From Candidatus Magasanikiibacteriota bacterium (GTDB taxonomy: Bacteria; Patescibacteriota; Patescibacteriia; Magasanikbacterales; GWA2-37-8): a DNA stretch of 64,000 nt. Where the stretch lies: assembly GCA_026396515.1 (NCBI GenBank), contig JAPLWQ010000001.1, positions 564 through 64,563 of the forward strand, read 5' to 3'. Below, in pieces: positions 54,252-64,000 of the stretch; the first letter of the stretch is position 1; every line of letters starts with the position of its first letter. Below the pieces are notes generated by a model. The model was not told the DNA's origin. It was given only the letters and a program-made list of their open reading frames with translations, and searched no databases. A program made the position numbers and the translations under genes.

Positions 54252-56720
54252 ATGAAACTCTCATTTAATTGGCTTAAACAATACGTAAATTTGCCAGATT
54301 CGGTTTCAGCCTTGGAAGTGGCGGAAAAATTGAAAATGGCCACGGTTGAAGTGGAGGAGATAGATCGGCAAGACGCCCTGCTTGATAATGTTGTTATTGG
54401 AAAAGTACTAAAAGTAGAGAAACACCCGGAAGCCGATAAATTGAAACTTTGCGAGGTGGATATAAAAAATGAGAAACTTCAAATTGTTTGCGGCGGTTCA
54501 AATGTGCGGGAGGGTATGCTTGTGGCTCTCGCCAAAGTTGGCGCAAAAGTTAAGTGGCACGGACAGGAAGATCTGCTTGAATTAAAACCGACAGCCATCC
54601 GTGGCGTTGAATCGTTTGGTATGATTTGCAGCGCATCGGAAATCGGTTTGGATACTTTTTTTCCGGCCAAAGAACAAAAGGAGATTATTGATTTGACCGG
54701 CCGGATTTCGGAAAAGCAAGTGGGCAAGCCGCTGGCGGACGCTTTGGAGCTCAATGACGTTATTTTTGACATAGACAATAAGTCACTTAGTCATCGGCCG
54801 GATCTTTGGGGGCATTACGGAATGGCGCGTGAAGTGGCTGTGTTATTTGGAAAATCACTTAAAGAGTATGGCGCCGTCAAAATAAAGGAGCCTAAAAAAG
54901 ATTTTTTCGGTTTGAAAGTGGAAGTTAAAGACAAAAAATTATGTCCACGGTATATGGCAGCGGTATTGCGCGGTGTGAAAGTGGAAGAATCTCCAAATTG
55001 GCTGAAGGCAAAATTGATTTCCGCGGGATTCCGCCCGATAAATAATATTGTTGATATCACTAATTATGTCTTGCTTGATTTGGGCCAACCGATGCATGCG
55101 TTTGACATGGAACAATTGGCCGGAAACAAGGAACAGCTGGCCAAGATAATTGTGCGTCGCGCCGAGAGCGGTGAAATGATTAAATTACTCGACGAAAATG
55201 TAATTGAATTGGTTTCGGAAGACCTGATAATCGCGGATGCGGAAAAACCGCTGGCGCTCGCCGGTGTTATGGGTGGAGAACATAGCGGTATTACCGAAAA
55301 AACAACGACAATAATTTTTGAATCAGCCAATTTCAATGCTTCGTCGATCAGAAAAAGTTCGACTCGTCACGGGCTGCGCACTGATTCGTCGGCCAGGTTT
55401 GAAAAAAGTTTGGACCCGAATTGGTGCGAGATCGCGCTAAATAAAGCGGTTGAATTGGCGCATAAATTTTGTGCCACAGCTGAATTGGCCGATAAGATTT
55501 CCGATATCTCCGACTTTACTTTGGCGGTCGGGCCGATAGTGATGCAAAAAAATATATTTGAAAAAAAACTCGGCGAAAAAATCCCGGAAAAAGAAATCAC
55601 AAAAATATTAACCGGGCTTGGTTTTAAGGTCTCGGCGCAAAGCGACAAGTGGGCGGTAGAAATTCCCACCTGGCGTGCCACAAAAGATGTATCCGGTGCC
55701 GAAGATTTAATAGAGGAGGTGGCCAGGATTTGGGGTTACGAACAAATTGCCTCCGCCATGCCGGAATTTGGCATCACAGCGCCTGAAAAAAATAAATTGA
55801 GCGCTTTAGAACATGACCTGCGCGATATTTTTGCCGGCAGCTTCTCATTTGATGAGGTATATAATTACTCATTTGTCAGCCCGTCTCAAATAGAGCGCCT
55901 TGGCGATAAGGGCGAGTACACGGAGCTTGATAATCCGCTTTCAAAGGAAAAACCATATTTGCGGCGCTCGCTTTTGCCGAATATGATGGAAAACGCGGTA
56001 AAAAATATTGAGTTTTTTGATACAGTAAGAATTTTTGAAATTGGCAAAGTTTTTTGGCCGGATATGGCCGGTGCCAGAGTGGATAGCAATGGCTCCGAGT
56101 TGCTGCCCCGGCAAGACACTTATCTTTCGGCACTTTATTGTGAAAAAAAAGATGAAGCGCCTTTTTCGGCTGTACGCCGATCGGTTGAAAGAATGGGTGA
56201 GGTTTTAAATTTGGATTTCAAAATTAACGCGCTATCGCACGTTGCCCCATGGATGCATCCGACACGGGCCGGGGAAATTATTTGTGATGGTATTTTTGTA
56301 GGAGTGATATATGAGGTCAATCCGTTTATTGCGAAAAAATTCGGTTTGGATTGTCGCGTTTCATTTTTGGAAATTAATTTGGAGACCTTGGTTGAAATCG
56401 GCGAAAAAGCAAAGAAGGCAACCTATCGGAAGGTGCCGGATTTTCCTTCGGTAGTCCGCGACCTGGCTTTTGTGGTTGATGGCGACATCACCCACGCTCA
56501 GGTTGAAGAATGTTTGAAATCAATTGACCCGCTGGTTGAAAGCGTGGAGTTGTTTGATGTTTATATTGGCGACGCTGTTTCCGAAGGAGAGAAAAGTATG
56601 GCTTATCGGCTTACTTTATCACGGCCGGATAAAACTCTGAGTTCCTCTGAAGTGGACGCGGTATTGATTAAGGCGGGTAGCGCGCTCAAGAAAAAATTTG
56701 GAGCAGAGGTAAGAAGATAG
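54252..56720 (+). CDS. pheT: phenylalanyl-tRNA synthetase beta subunit
   Basis: tRNA-binding N-terminus, B3/4, B5, FDX-ACB domains. Directly follows pheS. Confidence 0.95.
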   Translation: MKLSFNWLKQYVNLPDSVSALEVAEKLKMATVEVEEIDRQDALLDNVVIGKVLKVEKHPEADKLKLCEVDIKNEKLQIVCGGSNVREGMLVALAKVGAKVKWHGQEDLLELKPTAIRGVESFGMICSASEIGLDTFFPAKEQKEIIDLTGRISEKQVGKPLADALELNDVIFDIDNKSLSHRPDLWGHYGMAREVAVLFGKSLKEYGAVKIKEPKKDFFGLKVEVKDKKLCPRYMAAVLRGVKVEESPNWLKAKLISAGFRPINNIVDITNYVLLDLGQPMHAFDMEQLAGNKEQLAKIIVRRAESGEMIKLLDENVIELVSEDLIIADAEKPLALAGVMGGEHSGITEKTTTIIFESANFNASSIRKSSTRHGLRTDSSARFEKSLDPNWCEIALNKAVELAHKFCATAELADKISDISDFTLAVGPIVMQKNIFEKKLGEKIPEKEITKILTGLGFKVSAQSDKWAVEIPTWRATKDVSGAEDLIEEVARIWGYEQIASAMPEFGITAPEKNKLSALEHDLRDIFAGSFSFDEVYNYSFVSPSQIERLGDKGEYTELDNPLSKEKPYLRRSLLPNMMENAVKNIEFFDTVRIFEIGKVFWPDMAGARVDSNGSELLPRQDTYLSALYCEKKDEAPFSAVRRSVERMGEVLNLDFKINALSHVAPWMHPTRAGEIICDGIFVGVIYEVNPFIAKKFGLDCRVSFLEINLETLVEIGEKAKKATYRKVPDFPSVVRDLAFVVDGDITHAQVEECLKSIDPLVESVELFDVYIGDAVSEGEKSMAYRLTLSRPDKTLSSSEVDAVLIKAGSALKKKFGAEVRR

Positions 56721-56782
56721 TCGCGAGTTTTTGTGATTAGTGGTATAATATTACTTGTAATTAATATTAACTTTGGAGGGGT

Positions 56783-57169
56783 ATGATAGAAAATTCAAAA
56801 GACATTTTATACATCGTTATTTCTTTCTGTATTATTTGGGCAACTGTGTTTCTTTGCTGGATGTTTTATTACGCCGGGAGAATATTAAAAAATACCAATC
56901 AGATTATTGAAGAATTTCGCGTGCGTTTGCAGGCATTATCCGAGGCGATTAGCTATATTCAGGAAAAAGTTGAGAGTATGTCATTTTTAATGAGCACGGC
57001 GATGAAAGGGGCGGGTACGGCGGTGAAGGATATAATAAAATCAAAGGCCAAGACATGGATGGAAAAAAAATCGGACGATTTTAACCGGACAGCGAAAGAA
57101 GCGGTAGATAAAGCAGTAGATGCAACTGCCGCCGGTATGAAGAAAGCGGCAAATAGAATAAAGAAATAA
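56783..57169 (+). CDS. hypothetical small membrane protein (128 aa)
   Basis: One TM plus helical Lys/Ala-rich C-terminus. Followed by repeated terminator copy 2. Confidence 0.5.
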   Translation: MIENSKDILYIVISFCIIWATVFLCWMFYYAGRILKNTNQIIEEFRVRLQALSEAISYIQEKVESMSFLMSTAMKGAGTAVKDIIKSKAKTWMEKKSDDFNRTAKEAVDKAVDATAAGMKKAANRIKK

Positions 57170-57171
57170 AA

Positions 57172-57202
57172 AAAATCCTCAGCCCTGGGCTGAGGATTTT
57201 TT
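57172..57202. terminator. Rho-independent terminator, copy 2 of the repeat at 46..76
   Basis: aaaaaaaatcctcagccctgggctgaggattttttt. Confidence 0.6.
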
Positions 57203-58716
57203 TAATCGATAAGTTTGAGCAAATAATTGTCAGTCGGCGCGAAGTCATCGGTGAGAACAGGCAAATCATCGCCAATTGGTTTTATCCAGCGATAACTTAG
57301 AAGCGTGGCCATTTGAGCATCATCGCTGTTCCAATCGACACGCGGTTTTTTCATAGCGACAATTATCAAGTTTTGAACCCGAAATCCGCTGTCCGTCTTT
57401 CTTACTGTGAATAATTGGACATCGGGGAAAACAGATTTATATGTTTTGTATTCCGCCCGAAGGAATTCACCCTTATCGCCGTCGATGGCAGAAATAATAT
57501 TTACAAGAGCAATGCCGTCGTCGCTTAAACTGTTATACATTTTTTCAACTGCTTCTTTGGTGGTTAGCTGGTGTGGCGGCGAAAATGATTTAAAAGCGTC
57601 GCCGAAAATCAGATCAAATTTTTCTTCATTACGGTTTAAAAATACTCGGCCGTCCTCATGAACAATTCTTATGCGGGGGTCGTCGGTCAAACGAAAATAT
57701 TTTTTTGCTAATTCGGTTATTTTCGGGTCAATTTCCGCTACGGTCATTTTTGTGCCGGAGGTTGTTTGTAGAAAATGGCGCGGATAGGTATAGGCGGCGC
57801 CGCCGATCATCAGCGCGTTTTTTGCGTCCGGATTCAGATATTTGTGTAAATCAAAAAATTTTGTGTATTCAAAAACCAGATCGTCGCCGTCTAAAAACAT
57901 GCCGGATTGAGTGGAGAAATTATCGGTTCTCAAAAATCTTGCCTCGCGGTTTGTATCTTGATATTCTCCGTCGAATATTTGTATTCGTTGATACGCTGAA
58001 TCAGTGTCCACCAGACCCCTTTGCGCTGCGAATATTTGTATAGCTGAAGAAAAGGAGCCAAAGCAAATCAAAATTACTATTGTAGTGATTTTTGCCTTTA
58101 ATTCAGCTTTGCTGAATGAGGCGATTGAAACAACTATCAGTGAAATCGCTAAAATATAAAGAATCTTTGTCGTGCCGAATGTGGCGAGAAGATAAAAACC
58201 GGCCAGGAATGTGCCGAAAATACTGCCCAAAGTTGAAATGGCATACAGATTGCCGACGGTTTTCCCGGAGTTTTGAACGTCATGGATTTTTAGCCTTACC
58301 GCGTATGGTGATACCATGCCGAGCATTAAGCTGGCCGGGACAAATAGAATGCAGGTTGAAACAATAGAGTTTGTTCTGATGTTTTTTATTATTTCCTGAA
58401 GTGTGATGAGTATCGGTTCTTTAAAAATTGCTGTCAGACCGATAAAAATGGCAGCTAAAAAAATTATGCCGGAAAAAGTTTTCCAGTTGGGCAATTTATC
58501 GGCGATTTTTCCGCCCCACCAATAGCCAAAACTCAAAGCGCCGAGAATTAAACCGATTAAACTGGACCAGACAATCAGTGATGTGCCAAGATATGGCGCC
58601 ATGACGCGTGAACCGGCAAGTTCAAGGATCATCACTACTGCGCCACAAATAAAAACGATTATTTCCAATAGATACTTTTTCATAAAAATGTGATTATTGT
58701 GATGTAATTCTATCAA
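57202..58716 (-). CDS. spermidine synthase-like aminopropyltransferase fused to an N-terminal multi-TM domain
   Basis: About 7 TM helices, then a PABS-like domain (MIGGAAYT, DLIFGDAF). Confidence 0.55.
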   Translation of the reverse strand: MIELHHNNHIFMKKYLLEIIVFICGAVVMILELAGSRVMAPYLGTSLIVWSSLIGLILGALSFGYWWGGKIADKLPNWKTFSGIIFLAAIFIGLTAIFKEPILITLQEIIKNIRTNSIVSTCILFVPASLMLGMVSPYAVRLKIHDVQNSGKTVGNLYAISTLGSIFGTFLAGFYLLATFGTTKILYILAISLIVVSIASFSKAELKAKITTIVILICFGSFSSAIQIFAAQRGLVDTDSAYQRIQIFDGEYQDTNREARFLRTDNFSTQSGMFLDGDDLVFEYTKFFDLHKYLNPDAKNALMIGGAAYTYPRHFLQTTSGTKMTVAEIDPKITELAKKYFRLTDDPRIRIVHEDGRVFLNRNEEKFDLIFGDAFKSFSPPHQLTTKEAVEKMYNSLSDDGIALVNIISAIDGDKGEFLRAEYKTYKSVFPDVQLFTVRKTDSGFRVQNLIIVAMKKPRVDWNSDDAQMATLLSYRWIKPIGDDLPVLTDDFAPTDNYLLKLID

Positions 58717-58788
58717 ACTGCGCCAAATTAATCAATCATAATTCCGGCTTGCTATTGCTTAAAATCTACGGTAATATAAGCCGATAAT

Positions 58789-61700
58789 ATGAGTAATTTC
58801 GTTCACCTCCACGTTCATAGCCATTACTCCTTGCTCGATGGTCTGCCAAAGATTGACGAGCTGGTTAAGGCCGCAAAAAAACGCGGTTTTTCGGCTTTGG
58901 CTTTGACCGATCACGGCAATATGTATGGGGCGATTGAGTTTTATGAACAATGTTTGAAACAGGAAATCAAACCGATTATCGGTATGGAGGCGTATGTCGC
59001 GCCAGGGTCGCGCTCTGAAAAAAACGGACCGGATAATAAATATTATCATTTAGTACTTTTAGCGCTTGATTACAACGGGTACAAAAATTTAATGAAACTG
59101 TCATCGCTCGCGCATCTGGAAGGGTTTTACTATAAACCGCGCGTTGATAAAGAACTGTTGAGAGAATTGCACGAAGGCCTTGTTGCCACTTCCGCCTGTA
59201 TGGGCGGGGAAATAGCGCGTGCCATTGTGAAGGAAAATAATTACGAAAAAGCTAAGGCGGTTGCTTTGGAATATCAGGATATTTTCGGACCCGGCAATTT
59301 CTATTTGGAACTTATGGACTTGCCGGCCTTGGAAGGTCAGGCCGATTTAAACAATACTTTGCTTCAACTCTCCAAAGATACCGGTATTCCGGCCATAGTA
59401 TCGCGTGATGTCCACTATTTGAATACCGAAGATGCCGAAGCACAGGATATTTTAACCTGTATTCGCGACGGCACAACCATTGATCAGCCGAATCGGATGA
59501 CATCGGCAGGCATTGATTGTTCAATGGCAACCGGAGAGGAAATTGCGAAAAGATTTAAGCACGCGCCTGAAGTTCTGGAAAACACGGTTAAAATAGCCGA
59601 ACGCGTTGATTTAAAAATAGAGCTTAATAAATGGCATTTTCCGCCGATTGAATTGCCTCAAGGGAAAACAGCGGATGAATATTTACGCGAGCAAGTTTAT
59701 GAGCACTTGCCGAAATTGATTGAAATGACCGACGAAGTAAAAAAACGCGCCGATTATGAACTGGAGACTATTACAAAAAAGGGTTATTCACCATATTTTA
59801 TCGCGGTAGCCGACTATGTCGGTTACGCACGTGAGCACGGAATAATTGAAACCACCCGCGGCTCGGCCGCCGGATCCATTGTGTCTTACGCTATGGGAAT
59901 CGTGTCGGTGAATCCGTTATTTTTCAAGTTGCCTTTCGAGCGATTTTTAAATCCGTTCCGTCCCAGCCCGCCTGATATTGATGCGGATTTTGCCGATGAC
60001 CGGCGTGATGAGATGATCGCCTATGTGACGCAAAAATATGGGGCTGATAAGGTCGCGCAGATTATCACTTTTGGTACAATGATGGCCCGCGGTGCAGTGC
60101 GTGATGTCGGCCGGGCCTTGGGCTACGCATATTCTTTTTGCGATCAGGTGGCGAAACTTATGACTGCCGGCGCGCAAGGTTTTCAGGTGACCATTGCTAC
60201 GGCCATGGAAAAGGAAGAGGATCTCAAAAAAATGTATAATGAGAATCCGCAGGTGCACCGGTTGTTGGATTTGGCGCAAAAAATTGAGGGTTGTGCCAGG
60301 CACACCTCCATTCATGCTGCCGGCGTGGTTATTGCACCGAGCGCTTTAACTGATTTTACCCCGGTTCAGCGTGAGACAGGAGGGGACAGAATCGTGACGC
60401 AATATGAAATGCACGCTGTGGAAGCGGCCGGCGTTTTGAAAATGGATTTTTTAGGTATACGCAACTTGTCTATCTTGGGACATGCAGTGGAAATTATTGA
60501 AAAAACCACCGGGACTAAAATTGATATTACCAAATTGCCTTGGAACGATAAAAAAACGTATGACATGCTGGCCCACGGCGACACGGTCGGCGTTTTTCAA
60601 CTTTCCGGTTCCGGCATGACGCGTTATCTGAAAGAGCTGAAGCCGGCTTCAATTTTTGACATCATGGCCATGGTGGCGCTGTTTCGTCCGGGTCCGATGG
60701 AAGTTATTCCTGAATATATTAATCGTCGCCATCATCCGGAACTGATTGAATATCTTGATCCGAGGATGAAAGATTATTTGGATCAGTCATTAGGCCTGAT
60801 CGTTTATCAGGATGATGTTTTGCTCACCGCCATTAATTTGGCGGGCTATAATTGGGAAGAGGCGGATAAATTCCGCAAAGCCATGGGTAAAAAAATTCCG
60901 GAGGAAATGATGAAGCAGCAGGATAAATTTTTCAAGGGCTGCCGCGAGGTCGGTAAGCTGCCTGAGGCGAAAATAAATACCCTTTGGGAGCGCATTAAGC
61001 CATTTGCCGCCTATGGTTTTAACAAAGCGCATGCGGCGAGCTACGCGGTGGTGGCGTATCAAACAGCGTATCTCAAAGCGAATTATCCGATTCAATACAT
61101 GACGGCGATTCTTATCGCCGAGTCGGGCGATATTGATAAAGTGCCTCCGGTGATTCATGAGTGTGAAAAAATGGGACTTAAAGTATTGCCGCCGGAAGTA
61201 AATGAGAGTTTCAAAAATTTCGCCATGGTCGGCTGGGAAGAGGGAAAAGAGGCGCATATTCGTTTCGGTTTGAACGGTATAAAAAATTTGGGTGAGCACA
61301 TTGCCGAGACAATATATCGCGAGAGAAAAAATAACGGAACATATCAAGATCTGGAAGATTTTTTGCGGCGTGTGCAGGATAAAGATTTAAATAAGAAATC
61401 TTTGGAATCGCTCGTTAAGTGCGGCGCCATGGACTCGTTTGGTTATGATCGCGGGGTGCTTCTTGCCAACACGGATAATTTGCTTGCTTTCAGTAAAACA
61501 GTGCATGAAAATTCCGCGGCTAAACAAGACTCTCTTTTTTCCGGAACGCAAATTGATTTTACTCAAAAAGTGCGTATTAATCCGGCGCAGCCGGCCACTC
61601 AGGAAGAAAAGATTTTGTGGGAAAAAGAATTGCTGGGGCTTTATGTCACCGCACATCCGTTTGCGCCGCTTGAGAAAATATTGCGCCGGGTGATTACGCC

Positions 61701-62277
61701 TTTGAATGAACTTTCGCATAAAGGGCGCGGCGAATGGGTAGTGGTCGGCGGTGTGATAGACAGCGCCAAGAAAAAAATTACCCGCAAGGGAGACACTATG
61801 ATGTTTGTCACTATTCAGGATTTGAGCGGGTCTTTGGAATTATTGGTTTTTCCACGAACCTATGAAACAACAAAAGATGTATGGGTGGAGGGGCGGATGG
61901 CTTGCGTGGTGGGTAGAACTTCGGAAGAAGAGGGTGACGACAAGTTGTTTGTGGAAAAAGCGTTTGATTTAAATGAAAACAATGCGCCGATGATTGCCGT
62001 ACAGATGGATATGGGGGCGCATCATGAACATTCGCCAAAATATGAGGGTGAACCAAACCAATATCCGGAATCCGGCCTGCTTATAACGCTTTCATCCGCG
62101 GAAGTGAAAGAAAAAGCCGATGCTGTAAAAGCGGTTTTAGCGCGTCATCCCGGTGACAAGGTGGTGTATTTGTCTGTAGGCGGAAAGCGGGTAAAGACAT
62201 CATATAAGGTTTCAATGCCGCCGGAATTGCTTATTGAATTGGAGGCATTAGTAGGGAAGGGTAGGTTGAAATACTAA
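58789..62277 (+). CDS. dnaE: DNA polymerase III alpha subunit
   Basis: PHP domain HLHVHSHYSLLDG, polymerase core, OB fold. 1162 aa. Confidence 0.95.
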   Translation: MSNFVHLHVHSHYSLLDGLPKIDELVKAAKKRGFSALALTDHGNMYGAIEFYEQCLKQEIKPIIGMEAYVAPGSRSEKNGPDNKYYHLVLLALDYNGYKNLMKLSSLAHLEGFYYKPRVDKELLRELHEGLVATSACMGGEIARAIVKENNYEKAKAVALEYQDIFGPGNFYLELMDLPALEGQADLNNTLLQLSKDTGIPAIVSRDVHYLNTEDAEAQDILTCIRDGTTIDQPNRMTSAGIDCSMATGEEIAKRFKHAPEVLENTVKIAERVDLKIELNKWHFPPIELPQGKTADEYLREQVYEHLPKLIEMTDEVKKRADYELETITKKGYSPYFIAVADYVGYAREHGIIETTRGSAAGSIVSYAMGIVSVNPLFFKLPFERFLNPFRPSPPDIDADFADDRRDEMIAYVTQKYGADKVAQIITFGTMMARGAVRDVGRALGYAYSFCDQVAKLMTAGAQGFQVTIATAMEKEEDLKKMYNENPQVHRLLDLAQKIEGCARHTSIHAAGVVIAPSALTDFTPVQRETGGDRIVTQYEMHAVEAAGVLKMDFLGIRNLSILGHAVEIIEKTTGTKIDITKLPWNDKKTYDMLAHGDTVGVFQLSGSGMTRYLKELKPASIFDIMAMVALFRPGPMEVIPEYINRRHHPELIEYLDPRMKDYLDQSLGLIVYQDDVLLTAINLAGYNWEEADKFRKAMGKKIPEEMMKQQDKFFKGCREVGKLPEAKINTLWERIKPFAAYGFNKAHAASYAVVAYQTAYLKANYPIQYMTAILIAESGDIDKVPPVIHECEKMGLKVLPPEVNESFKNFAMVGWEEGKEAHIRFGLNGIKNLGEHIAETIYRERKNNGTYQDLEDFLRRVQDKDLNKKSLESLVKCGAMDSFGYDRGVLLANTDNLLAFSKTVHENSAAKQDSLFSGTQIDFTQKVRINPAQPATQEEKILWEKELLGLYVTAHPFAPLEKILRRVITPLNELSHKGRGEWVVVGGVIDSAKKKITRKGDTMMFVTIQDLSGSLELLVFPRTYETTKDVWVEGRMACVVGRTSEEEGDDKLFVEKAFDLNENNAPMIAVQMDMGAHHEHSPKYEGEPNQYPESGLLITLSSAEVKEKADAVKAVLARHPGDKVVYLSVGGKRVKTSYKVSMPPELLIELEALVGKGRLKY

Positions 62278-62282
62278 ACGAT

Positions 62283-63095
62283 ATGCCTGAATTGCCCGAA
62301 GTTGAAACAATTAAGCGTCAGCTTAATCGTGAAATCACCGGTAAGAAAATCACCGGCGTTGAAGTGCTGGCGGTAAGAACTTTGCGCACGTCGAAAGCGC
62401 AATTTTTGGAGGGCGTGGTCGGCGCGAAAATAAAAAGCGTGGAACGCCGCGCTAAACTTTTGATTTTAAATTTAAACAATGGCAGCTCTATTTTGACGCA
62501 CCTGAAAATGACCGGCCAATATGTTTACGACGGCGAGGCGCACAAGCACACCCGGGTAATTTTTTCTTTCGGCCCGAAATTGAAAATTATGTTTAACGAT
62601 ATGCGCCGGTTCGGCTATTTGAAACTGGTAAAGACGGTGGACTTGCCAAAATTTTTGGCCAATGAATACGGGCCGGAGCCATTGGAAAAAAGTTTTACGG
62701 TGCAAAAACTCTCCGAGATTTTGAAGCGCCGGCCGAATATGAAAATCAAACAGTCACTGATGGAACAGAAGCTGATTGCCGGTATCGGAAATATCTACGC
62801 GCAGGAGGCGTGCTTTATGGCGCGGGTTTTGCCGACTAGATCGGCAAAAAGTCTGAAACCGGATGAGATACAAAAAATCTACGACAGCATTCGTAAAGTA
62901 ATGACCGAGGCGATTAAATACGGTGGGAGTTCGGCTGAAAATTATTTGAATCTTTATGGCAAAGAAGGCGGGTTTGTACCGCATCTAAAAGTTTACGGCC
63001 GTGGGAAAGAAAAATGCCGCCGTTGCGGCAGCATTTTGAAAACTATTAAACTCGGGGGTAGGGGAACTGTATATTGTGAAAAATGTCAGAAGTGA
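62283..63095 (+). CDS. mutM: formamidopyrimidine-DNA glycosylase
   Basis: MPELPEVE catalytic N-terminus. H2TH. C-terminal C4 zinc finger. Confidence 0.92.
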   Translation: MPELPEVETIKRQLNREITGKKITGVEVLAVRTLRTSKAQFLEGVVGAKIKSVERRAKLLILNLNNGSSILTHLKMTGQYVYDGEAHKHTRVIFSFGPKLKIMFNDMRRFGYLKLVKTVDLPKFLANEYGPEPLEKSFTVQKLSEILKRRPNMKIKQSLMEQKLIAGIGNIYAQEACFMARVLPTRSAKSLKPDEIQKIYDSIRKVMTEAIKYGGSSAENYLNLYGKEGGFVPHLKVYGRGKEKCRRCGSILKTIKLGGRGTVYCEKCQK

Positions 63096-64000
63096 TTATC
63101 TTCCCAGTTCCCAATTCGGGTCAGCGGATAGTTTACGCCAGTCGGCGTATTCTTTTTTTTGCGCTTTTTGGTAACCGGCAATAGCGATCATGGCTGCATT
63201 GTCCATGCAGTAAGAAAGCGCCGGAGTAAGAAATTCTGATTTTGTTGAAATTTTTTTAACCGCCGTACCCAGGGTTTCGCGAAGTTTCCTGTTCGCGCTG
63301 ACACCGCCACAGAGAATTACGGTTTTTGGTTTGAATTTTTTTATGGCACGGGTCATTTTGCCAACAAGGGTATCTACGATGGCCTGTTCAAATGAAGCGC
63401 AGAAATCAGCCTTATTAACCTTTGGATTGTCCCGATAATAATACAAAGCGGAAGTTTTTAAACCGGCAAATGAAAAATCGTAATCATTGCTGTCCAGCAT
63501 CGGACGTGGAAATTTTATCGCCTTTGCACTTCCTTTGAGCGCCAGTTTGGAAATTTGTGGACCGCCCGGATAAAGCAGCCCCAAAAGTTTTGCTACTTTA
63601 TCAAAACATTCGCCGGCAGCATCATCGCGCGTGGCACCGATCATTTTGTATTTTCCCGGAGCCGATATTTTAATGATTTCGGTGTGTCCACCTGAAACAA
63701 TTAGTGCCAATGCCGGATATCCAATGCTTTTGACTTTTGACTTTTGACTTTTGACTTCGACCGAATGAATATGACCGGCCATGTGGTTTACGCTGATTGC
63801 CGGGATTTTCCACGCTGCTGATAGCGTCCGCGCGGCTTCAACACCGACGATAAGACCGGTAATTAACCCTGGACCGGAAGCAATAGCAATAGCGTCCGGT
63901 TTTTTGCCATTCAGGGCGTGTTCAATTAGCGGAACGATTTTTTCCGCATGCATGCGCCCGGCGATCTCCGGCACAACGCCGCCATATTTTTTGTGTATGG
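63096..64000 (-). CDS. tsaD: tRNA N6-adenosine threonylcarbamoyltransferase TsaD (Kae1/YgjD), 5' end beyond window
   Basis: HMAGH metal-binding motif. Gene runs off the window edge. Contains a 7-mer tandem repeat insertion at about 63725-63750. Confidence 0.85.
   Translation of the reverse strand, partial: IHKKYGGVVPEIAGRMHAEKIVPLIEHALNGKKPDAIAIASGPGLITGLIVGVEAARTLSAAWKIPAISVNHMAGHIHSVEVKSQKSKVKSIGYPALALIVSGGHTEIIKISAPGKYKMIGATRDDAAGECFDKVAKLLGLLYPGGPQISKLALKGSAKAIKFPRPMLDSNDYDFSFAGLKTSALYYYRDNPKVNKADFCASFEQAIVDTLVGKMTRAIKKFKPKTVILCGGVSANRKLRETLGTAVKKISTKSEFLTPALSYCMDNAAMIAIAGYQKAQKKEYADWRKLSADPNWELGR
63725..63750. repeat. (TTTTGAC)x3 tandem heptamer inside tsaD
   Basis: ttttgacttttgacttttgacttcgacc. 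Encodes a KSQKSKVKS insertion while preserving the frame. Confidence 0.6.

Noticed and set aside
1-64000. CRISPR arrays, integrases, transposases, IS elements
   Set aside because: Looked for regularly spaced direct repeats and recombinase-like ORFs near the GC-rich inserts and tRNAs. None found in this window.

Overview
Low-GC (about 45% by eye) bacterial window whose core looks like a Candidate Phyla Radiation / Patescibacteria-type chromosome. It carries tuf and the S10-spc ribosomal protein cluster with no L30 gene, a Z-type S14, and only secY-adk-map after L15, then ruvX-recO-asnS. Housekeeping and DNA-metabolism genes follow (parAB, rel, topA, dprA, pth, der, LCP, recG, radA, clp ATPase, phosphohexomutase, htpX-lemA, rseP, pheST, dnaE, mutM, partial tsaD), plus three tRNAs (Leu-CAA, Val-CAC, Arg). 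The most unusual content is a set of strongly GC-rich (about 60-65%) insertions, each with its own AT-rich promoter-like sequence and hairpin terminator. (1) A 3-kb NfeD(YuaF)-flotillin(FloT)-beta-carbonic-anhydrase-like island directly 3' of tRNA-Arg. (2) A small GC-rich ORF abutting the 3' end of tRNA-Leu. (3) GC-rich singleton ORFs at 781-2019, 39248-39652 and 49861-50112. Other points of interest: a conserved ~70-nt leader shared by topA and dprA; a GC-rich ~300-nt promoter-to-terminator unit between rel and topA that is probably a structured ncRNA; and a radA-linked envelope operon that pairs a ~26-Cys secreted SLT-motif protein with a DsbA homolog whose CxxC is replaced by SxxS. No CRISPR array, integrase or transposase was recognised. 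All calls come from reading the sequence and ORF translations; no database searches were run.
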